From a virus (lineage: Duplodnaviria > Caudoviricetes), in the IMG/VR virus record IMGVR_UViG_3300030330_004210, positions 1 through 64,000 of that record: a stretch of DNA of 64,000 nt; one strand, 5' to 3'. The stretch's first letter is position 1. Every line of letters begins with the position of its first letter. A model generated the notes under the pieces. It was not told the DNA's origin, ran no database searches, and saw nothing but the letters and a program-made list of their open reading frames with translations. A program made the translations under genes and the position numbers. This document shows, piece by piece, positions 27,586 to 34,030 of the stretch.

Positions 27586-27774
27586 TTACTCCTTGTAGTA
27601 GTTTGAAAAGCCCATGAAAGTTGGTGCCCAAAGCCCAACAAAAAGTGCTAACCTTTCGATATGAGCCGGATCTGCCCCACCAGTGTTCCAAATAACAATT
27701 GAGCCCGCAATCGACGCTAGCGTTGCCAACAAAAAGCCATTTGATACTTTATTGTTCTTTTGTAGATATTCCAT
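27586..27774 (-). CDS. Small two-helix membrane protein
   Basis: Two hydrophobic segments; ALFVGLWAPT. Confidence 0.65.
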   Translation of the reverse strand: MEYLQKNNKVSNGFLLATLASIAGSIVIWNTGGADPAHIERLALFVGLWAPTFMGFSNYYKE

Positions 27775-27796
27775 ATTAACTCCATTAAAAAAAATA

Positions 27797-27830
27797 GAGG
27801 CACCTGCTAACCCTGTGCCTCCCCGTGGGT
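27797..27830 (-). ncRNA. Putative H-type pseudoknot RNA element, copy 1
   Basis: ACCC-ACGGG-GAGGCAC-A-GGGU-UAGCAG-GUGCCUC followed by a U-tract; covaries with copy 2. Confidence 0.55.
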
Positions 27831-27839
27831 GGTCGCGAT

Positions 27840-28079
27840 TTACTCCGCGACGCTATTGGCTTCGCTCACCTCTACGGCGTTGACCGTCTCGTGAGACTTT
27901 TCCTCGCTGGGGGTGTTGTCCTCTGTGTTGTCGCCTGTCACAACAATCTCAAGAACCTCGCCCTTTGTGGTAGCCAGATCGCCCTCGTTACTGTTCATCG
28001 AAAATGAAAAGTAACCAACCAAAGCGATGGCTGCAACAGCAGCGGTGCCAATGAAATAATTATTATTAATGTTATTCAT
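27840..28079 (-). CDS. Small membrane-anchored acidic protein
   Basis: N-terminal TM helix, T/E-rich tail; AGGAG RBS. Confidence 0.65.
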   Translation of the reverse strand: MNNINNNYFIGTAAVAAIALVGYFSFSMNSNEGDLATTKGEVLEIVVTGDNTEDNTPSEEKSHETVNAVEVSEANSVAE

Positions 28080-28089
28080 GCTTTTCTCC

Positions 28090-28347
28090 TTAGCTTTCAG
28101 TGCTCATACCAGTGTCTGTGCCCGTATCGGTTCCAGTATCACCAGTGGGATCGGTGTCGCCCGTATCCTCGGGAGTGGTCTCTGTGCCCTCCTCCGTGGT
28201 CTCCTCCGTGGTCTCGGTTTCGGTGACCGCCGTATCCTTGTCACTAGTGGCATCCTCCGAACAGCCAGTCATAAAACTGAGTGCGGAAAGGATTGCCACG
28301 CCAAAAACAGCGCCTGTGACGTGATCCCTGTTAATCATATTAAACAT
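28090..28347 (-). CDS. Lipoprotein with T/E/D/G low-complexity repeats
   Basis: Signal peptide with lipobox-like MTG-C; ETTEETTEE and DTGDT/DTGT repeats. Confidence 0.7.
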   Translation of the reverse strand: MFNMINRDHVTGAVFGVAILSALSFMTGCSEDATSDKDTAVTETETTEETTEEGTETTPEDTGDTDPTGDTGTDTGTDTGMSTES

Positions 28348-28373
28348 GTACTAGTTTCCTTTTTTAGTTAAGA

Positions 28374-28409
28374 GGGGCATCTGTAACGCCATGCCCCAAC
28401 CTGCGCGTC
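28374..28409 (-). ncRNA. Putative H-type pseudoknot RNA element, copy 2
   Basis: GACGC-GCAGGUU-GGGGCAU-G-GCGU-UACAG-AUGCCCC; three compensatory pair changes relative to copy 1. Confidence 0.55.
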
Positions 28410-28506
28410 GGCTATGATTTCGGGCGCATCGCTCACCGCTAAGCAATACGCGCCCCCCCACTCTGATCTGCGGGGTCCACTATGCAACTTTTACGTCGCG
28501 GGAGTC

Positions 28507-29265
28507 TTATGCACTCTGCTGAAGAAGGTCATCAAATGCCTTCTGGACATCATCGGAGCTTTTAGTATTATACTTCTCCGATTCAGAACCAGACTCTTCA
28601 GGGTCGCCACCCTCAAGCCACTCATCCAACATCTTGCCCACCTCTTCTGGTGTCTTCCGTTCGAAGAGACCATTAAAGTCAGGGATGTTGTCAAGAAGCT
28701 CCCGACAACGGTCGGAGCCACCTACTGCTTCGTCGCAAAGGGGCGAGGTTCGACGACGCGGAGTAATTGTCGTCTTTGGGAAGGACTCGCCTCCCATCTT
28801 ACCGTACTTGATAACCAAGTCGGTTCCCTCATCTACGTCTGTAATATCCCCATACTCGGGGTTCAGAACAAGCTCAAGAAGCTGCTGATATGCCAGCTTT
28901 CCAAAGCCCCAGATACGGATGCCCTTGTTCTCCTCCCCACGGACTAGGACAGGGGCGAAAAACCGCTGTCGTGCCATGAGGTTCTTAGCCATCTTAATGC
29001 TGTCTTCGGTTCCCTCGTTAAAAAGGTTACGAATGAAATCATCAAGAGGGTCAGCCTCTCCAAAGTTCTTCTTTGGACTTAGAAAACCACGATTGGTTCC
29101 CAAGTTATAATGGAACCAGTAATCCTTGAAGGGGTCGCCATCTGCTGGAGTTACAATACGAATCGTCTGCTCTCCATCCTGTGGCTTCCAGAACAAGTTG
29201 CCGTTTCCACCCTTGTTGTTGAGTGCTGCGAGCTTGGCACGCATCTTACTAATATCAATACCCAT
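28507..29265 (-). CDS. Single-stranded DNA-binding protein (gp32-like)
   Basis: FWKP...IRI.....DPF...FHY, WGFGK, YGDITD..G.D, acidic tail DDVQKAFDDLL. Confidence 0.85.
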   Translation of the reverse strand: MGIDISKMRAKLAALNNKGGNGNLFWKPQDGEQTIRIVTPADGDPFKDYWFHYNLGTNRGFLSPKKNFGEADPLDDFIRNLFNEGTEDSIKMAKNLMARQRFFAPVLVRGEENKGIRIWGFGKLAYQQLLELVLNPEYGDITDVDEGTDLVIKYGKMGGESFPKTTITPRRRTSPLCDEAVGGSDRCRELLDNIPDFNGLFERKTPEEVGKMLDEWLEGGDPEESGSESEKYNTKSSDDVQKAFDDLLQQSA

Positions 29266-29325
29266 TTTATTTCTCCTGTTCTTAGTTAAAGTCAAGACAG
29301 CAAATATCCTGCCCTGCTAAATGTT

Positions 29326-29354
29326 AATGTATCACGAATTCTCATCTGTGTCAA
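29326..29354 (-). promoter_or_regulatory. sigma70-type promoter for ssb
   Basis: TTGACA-17bp-TACATT with extended -10 TG. Confidence 0.7.
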
Positions 29355-29586
29355 GCGAATAATCAAACTTTTTTACTTCACCTTGCACCGTGTTCCAATT
29401 AAAGACCCTGAATCCTGCATTGTCAATGTCCCAAACAAGTTCGGTGCCCTCTGAAAGGACTCGCTTCTTGCCTGTGCCCTTAACATGCTTTGCAAACCAC
29501 TGTTCTGGCATGTCGGCAGTCCGAACAAAACGCATCACTCTTGCAGAGCCGTCCTTCTTTGTGTATGTTGCTAAATAGCCTGTCAT
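29332..29586 (-). CDS. SH3 beta-barrel (WYL_2-like) small protein
   Basis: YTKKDGSARVM...VWDID..GFRVF pattern. Confidence 0.6.
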   Translation of the reverse strand: MTGYLATYTKKDGSARVMRFVRTADMPEQWFAKHVKGTGKKRVLSEGTELVWDIDNAGFRVFNWNTVQGEVKKFDYSLDTDENS

Positions 29587-30419
29587 CTAATCTCCCTTTG
29601 GGTGTATGGTGTGTGGTGAAAGGAAAAAACATAATTTTGGTCATATTCAGAAGAATAAATAGCGTATGAAGACTTCGCACCCTCTGACTCCAAGCTTTTC
29701 ACTTGCTTGGTTATGACCTTGAGTAGGTTACCACTCTTCTTTAAGTCTTCCCCCTTCAAGAGATAAAAGTAACACTTCTCTCTAACATTGTCAAGAGAAA
29801 AAAACATCTTTTCTTCACCGCTCTCAAAATCTACAGTTCCAACGGTGCTTATCCTTGATGTTTCTTTTGTTGCGCTCACTTTCCCCATGACCGTTTCTGA
29901 GTTTCCAAGAACATTGAGCATGTGGATCGTCCAAACAACTATCTCGTTAAGCTTTTCATAATAGCCTATAATTGGCACTTCGCCCAAGATTGCTTCTACG
30001 GCGTCATTCTCGATAATTACTATTCTCTCAAAAACTGCTGATCGGGCATATTCTTGCAGCACGCCAAAGCACACACGGTGCATCTTTACTTTTATGTCCT
30101 CTAAGGTGTCCAAGTTAGGCTTTATGTAGACAACTGTGACCTTGCAATGTTTTAAATGCTCTAGAATCTTCAGGCATGCACCAGCAATCTTAGAAGCGCC
30201 ACACAAAACAAAAATTACATCGCCGTCAACCTTCTTAAAGAACTTTGTCATATCGGGAGCCTTACTCTCATACTCCTCTGGGTGATCGTAGGCTGGAAAA
30301 TTAAAGCAACGTGTGCCTTTGACGCCGTTATCTATCATGTAGGTTGTATATTGAGGGTACTGGCTCATAGACTTAGCAATAGCGCACCCTGCTTTTCCCA
30401 ATCCTATAACGTTCATCAA
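29583..30419 (-). CDS. Divergent tubulin/FtsZ-family protein
   Basis: NVIGLGKAGCAIA, VYIKP, IIIEN, YEKLNEIV follow tubulin/FtsZ GTPase-domain order; signature loop degenerate. Confidence 0.65.
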   Translation of the reverse strand: MMNVIGLGKAGCAIAKSMSQYPQYTTYMIDNGVKGTRCFNFPAYDHPEEYESKAPDMTKFFKKVDGDVIFVLCGASKIAGACLKILEHLKHCKVTVVYIKPNLDTLEDIKVKMHRVCFGVLQEYARSAVFERIVIIENDAVEAILGEVPIIGYYEKLNEIVVWTIHMLNVLGNSETVMGKVSATKETSRISTVGTVDFESGEEKMFFSLDNVREKCYFYLLKGEDLKKSGNLLKVITKQVKSLESEGAKSSYAIYSSEYDQNYVFSFHHTPYTQREIR

Positions 30420-31486
30420 GCCCTCAAGACTGGAGTGACTTCTTTTAACGCTCTCGCGTTAATTTCGTCTATCTCGTTTATCTTCTTTTCTAATTTAGCA
30501 CGTTGCGTCTCATCTTGCAACTGAGAAATCTTCTTTTCTATTCTTTTTGTTGTTCTGACTCTGTGCTCTTCCAGTCCCTCTTCATAATTTAGGAGAACTT
30601 TAGCCAACATATCTTCTGCACTCATTGCGCCAGCCATCTCCATGGTGAGGGCGAATCCTCTAATTCCTTGCGCCAATTTGCGAAGAGTAATCTCGCCTGT
30701 CATCCCGCCATGGGAAGCAAGATCAGGATGAATTGGCATCTCGTTGTCGCCTGTAACATATTTTGCTAAATCAACGAGAAACGTCTTTGGATTCTTGGAG
30801 ACAATCTTCAATTCCACGCCCTTTCTTACTCTTCCAGAAACCAAATTGCCGTCTCTTGTTCTGGCGACTATTCCCTCGGTTCCGATTGTTACTGGAAAAA
30901 CATCTCCAAGTGCTTTGTACAATTTGCCCATAGTGTAGCCCTTAAGACCTCTCTGTGGCGTGTATCGCACTGACATCCAGTCTGAATACTCTGGGAACGT
31001 GATTACTGTGTCAACCTGAACTAGTATGCCGGGATGTGCCTCTAAAATCACCATGAGGGGATCGCCGCCGTCTTTTAGGGTCTCATCAACATCGATTTCT
31101 GGCGTCACATTACTTGACATTAAAAACTTAGCAAACAGGTTACGATACTTTCTTTTTGTTAGATTTTCTGCTTTTCTTGTCTCGGTATAGTTACCCTGCA
31201 CGGAAGGCGGCATTGGAAATTCCACAAGGTAGTCAACATCCCCATAGATAACACTTTCCCTATCTTGTAAATCCCTCTGGGCATACGATACGGAGCCTAC
31301 TGGCTTGACAGATCTGATAGGCATCTCGCCCATGCCGCTTAGCCACGAGTTAAAGTCCGCTATAACTCTATTATATACGTCTATCGCTCTAATAACAATC
31401 TCTGGGGTCAGCCCAGCGTTCGTTTTGGCTGATTTGATGCCCCCCTCGCCAAGCAAGAAGCTTTGCCATGACCTGTAGTTTTTCAT
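30416..31486 (-). CDS. Pol-beta-superfamily nucleotidyltransferase
   Basis: PVGS...YGDVDYLV...VQVD (GS, DxD, third D). Confidence 0.65.
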   Translation of the reverse strand: MKNYRSWQSFLLGEGGIKSAKTNAGLTPEIVIRAIDVYNRVIADFNSWLSGMGEMPIRSVKPVGSVSYAQRDLQDRESVIYGDVDYLVEFPMPPSVQGNYTETRKAENLTKRKYRNLFAKFLMSSNVTPEIDVDETLKDGGDPLMVILEAHPGILVQVDTVITFPEYSDWMSVRYTPQRGLKGYTMGKLYKALGDVFPVTIGTEGIVARTRDGNLVSGRVRKGVELKIVSKNPKTFLVDLAKYVTGDNEMPIHPDLASHGGMTGEITLRKLAQGIRGFALTMEMAGAMSAEDMLAKVLLNYEEGLEEHRVRTTKRIEKKISQLQDETQRAKLEKKINEIDEINARALKEVTPVLRA

Positions 31487-31506
31487 AAGCTTTCTCCTGA
31501 CTATAA

Positions 31507-32691
31507 TTAGGCTGCAACGCCGTAATCAGCACTCTCTTTTGCCCCGACCAAATATGTACCGAAACGAGTGTCGGCGAATGTGCTCTCCAGAGTACGCAAA
31601 ATAGCCTCTTCGCCCTTTTTCACATCTAAAACAACCTCGTCGTGGATAATAAACGCAATTCTTGTTTTTTTGCCCGCCAGCAGAGCGTCCAGTTTTGCTG
31701 CCTGTTCCAAGACCACATCAGATGTTGTGCTTTGAATAAGATAATTCAATGCTCTCCGCTTGTCAACCTCAATACTACGACCATAAGGAGTCTTCACATG
31801 CGTGCCGTCCCACCACTCCTTAACAAGCGACTCCCTATCATAAAACCTCTCAAGCAAATAGTCGTTAGAATCGGGATTATACAGCCAAGAAAAAAGACGC
31901 TTTTTAGCCTCTTCTCGTGTTCCAATTTTACGGAACACATTAGCCCTATTCCACTCGTGGATGTCTCCAGAGGGCTGCTGAGAGCCCCCTAGAGCAAGCA
32001 ATGTCCTAAGCTCTGCTCCGTTGAAATCAAAACTGACGAAGTAATCGTTCGTTGGTTGAATAACCTTCCTCATTTCCTTAGAGAGGGTAAGAATTGGAAA
32101 ACTGTTCTTCTTTGTGGTCAAGCGACCCGTCTTTGTTCCGAAGATATTGTACTTGCAATATGGATTGACGCGCTTCAGTTTCTTGACCTGCTCTCGAACT
32201 GCTCTCTTGTGCATCTGGTGTCTCATGCTAGACCAACTCAAGTTTACTTTTTGGTGACCTATCTTGTGTGCTAGCTTTGCCGTAGCCAGAAGGTGGTCGT
32301 AGTTTTTTGGCTTTGGGTAATTTTCGAATACAAAGTTACAAATCTGATCCTTCATGTAACAGTAGTCAACCAAAAACCTCTCGGGCACCATATCGTAAAA
32401 GCACACGTCATCCAGAGAAATTTTAGCTTCGATGATCGAACGCATATAGGCTTGAAGCCTATCGTTCACATAGTTCCAGTCGTCTCGCAAGTGGTCAGGA
32501 CAAGCACGGTCCAAAGGGATCCCGCAATACAAATTAGCATATTCAACGTCATGTCCCTCCAAGTAAGCGGCGTATGACCATGTGCGGAGTTCTGCAAGCT
32601 CGTTAAGTGCGTCGTCCTCGCCAAATAGTAATACTCCATCCTTGTAAACCCCCACACATTCCTGCTTGCTATCTAGAGTTTGAAAAAGCAT
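31507..32691 (-). CDS. Short family A DNA polymerase (polymerase domain only)
   Basis: TKTGRL, motif A SFDFNGAELR, motif B REEAKKRLFSWLY, ALNYLIQST, motif C IHDEVV. Confidence 0.85.
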   Translation of the reverse strand: MLFQTLDSKQECVGVYKDGVLLFGEDDALNELAELRTWSYAAYLEGHDVEYANLYCGIPLDRACPDHLRDDWNYVNDRLQAYMRSIIEAKISLDDVCFYDMVPERFLVDYCYMKDQICNFVFENYPKPKNYDHLLATAKLAHKIGHQKVNLSWSSMRHQMHKRAVREQVKKLKRVNPYCKYNIFGTKTGRLTTKKNSFPILTLSKEMRKVIQPTNDYFVSFDFNGAELRTLLALGGSQQPSGDIHEWNRANVFRKIGTREEAKKRLFSWLYNPDSNDYLLERFYDRESLVKEWWDGTHVKTPYGRSIEVDKRRALNYLIQSTTSDVVLEQAAKLDALLAGKKTRIAFIIHDEVVLDVKKGEEAILRTLESTFADTRFGTYLVGAKESADYGVAA

Positions 32692-32698
32692 TCAGCCC

Positions 32699-34030
32699 TC
32701 AATATACGATAAGATTCTCTGATTGTGCCGCTAGTTCGACAACCTTGGTTTTTTCCTTGGAGGATAGACCGCGCTCAACAAGAGAGTCTGCGAGGCTATC
32801 GTAGGCAAAAGACCTTGGCACACTCGTGAGTCCACCAAACTTATAGTTAATATACTCCATTGCCTTCTCCATGTCAACCGCTTTTTCTAAATCAATCGCA
32901 TTTTTTATGATCTTGTCAAGCTCAGCCTTTTCATAATTGATGGAACTTTCCAAGTTTCTAAAAGTAATATAGAGGGAAATCCAATAGCTATTTGGATAGA
33001 TCTCATCCATAAATTCTCTAGACACTGACTCTCTTCTAACTGTCGTCGTTGTCTTACACATGCCTTTTCTTGTCTCAACAACTTCAAATCGCCTGCGTGC
33101 GGCGAAGGCATTGTAAAAGTTAAGCATGGTATTCTTCATCAACTCGATATCAAGATCGGTCGCATGATCGTAGTATTCTTCGAAAAGAGAATCCAAGCCA
33201 CTATATCCGGGGAATCTGTTGATAATATATTTTTCCATGGGAGAAGAGGTTAGGTTTGCTACAAATCTCCACGGAACATTTCTATCGATATAGAAGCCAT
33301 ATTCCTGAGCTATGTTTTTATAAAAATTAAGCCTCGGGTTATTCATAAAATCGTCTTCTTTTACAGTGTCGTCACCCGCATCTAAATTAGATATATCAAT
33401 TGCGAGACCAGTATTTAAAACAGACGCATTAGGAGTTAACATGGTATTTGACAGCGTGTAAGTTAGGCGACCATTTCCAAAATTGAACATAAAATAGTTG
33501 AAAGATGAAACAAAGTCTACAAAGTTTAATACTTTATCATAGTTCTGCTGCTTTTGCAAATATTTCTTCTCATACACCTGAAAAAACACCTTCATCTTTT
33601 CTCTGTATAGGTCGGATAAATTTTGATAACCCCTGTAAGGCTCAAAGGGTCCTATGTAGACCTCCTCTGACCCGTCCGCATTCTCTAGCGGAAGACACCC
33701 CTCGTTAATCTTGTTATCAGCCGTCTCCTTGAGATGCTGCCAAGCATCGGTCACAAAATCCAAGGCGTACAAGCCAGTGTTTCTTGATGCTTTTAAATTT
33801 CGAAGGCGATTGCGCTTTGGCAAGATTATTCTCTGTTGTGTGTCTAGTCTGCCATAATAAGAGTCGTCGTTTTGCCAAAAATCTTTTATGGCTTCATTGC
33901 CATAGACAGATCCGGGCTTTACCTCGAAGGCTTCTAGCTTATAGACTGTTCTTTCTTCAAATAAGTCTCTACTATTTTTTTTATTTGTAGCAAAAAATTT
34001 ATCTGCCATCTCGCGTTCCCCCAAAATCAA
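32699..34030 (-). CDS. Hypothetical protein, probably baseplate-associated
   Basis: Coupled to the baseplate genes; no recognised motif. Confidence 0.5.
   Translation of the reverse strand: MILGEREMADKFFATNKKNSRDLFEERTVYKLEAFEVKPGSVYGNEAIKDFWQNDDSYYGRLDTQQRIILPKRNRLRNLKASRNTGLYALDFVTDAWQHLKETADNKINEGCLPLENADGSEEVYIGPFEPYRGYQNLSDLYREKMKVFFQVYEKKYLQKQQNYDKVLNFVDFVSSFNYFMFNFGNGRLTYTLSNTMLTPNASVLNTGLAIDISNLDAGDDTVKEDDFMNNPRLNFYKNIAQEYGFYIDRNVPWRFVANLTSSPMEKYIINRFPGYSGLDSLFEEYYDHATDLDIELMKNTMLNFYNAFAARRRFEVVETRKGMCKTTTTVRRESVSREFMDEIYPNSYWISLYITFRNLESSINYEKAELDKIIKNAIDLEKAVDMEKAMEYINYKFGGLTSVPRSFAYDSLADSLVERGLSSKEKTKVVELAAQSENLIVY
32849..32877 (-). promoter_or_regulatory. sigma70-type promoter inside the upstream CDS, at the boundary of structural and replication modules
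   Basis: TTGACA-17bp-TATATT about 160 bp upstream of the polA-like start. Confidence 0.55.

Noticed and set aside
28410-28506. tRNA gene in the long intergenic gap
   Set aside because: No T-arm GTTCRA motif or cloverleaf visible on either strand
29285-29320. T4 gene 32-style autoregulatory pseudoknot in the ssb leader
   Set aside because: Two alternative G-U-rich stems can be drawn, but with no loop 3 they cannot form a classical pseudoknot; too weak to call
29583-30419. Nucleus-forming jumbo phage implied by tubulin
   Set aside because: No chimallin or multisubunit RNA polymerase recognisable here; virion genes are T4-like and promoters include host sigma70 type
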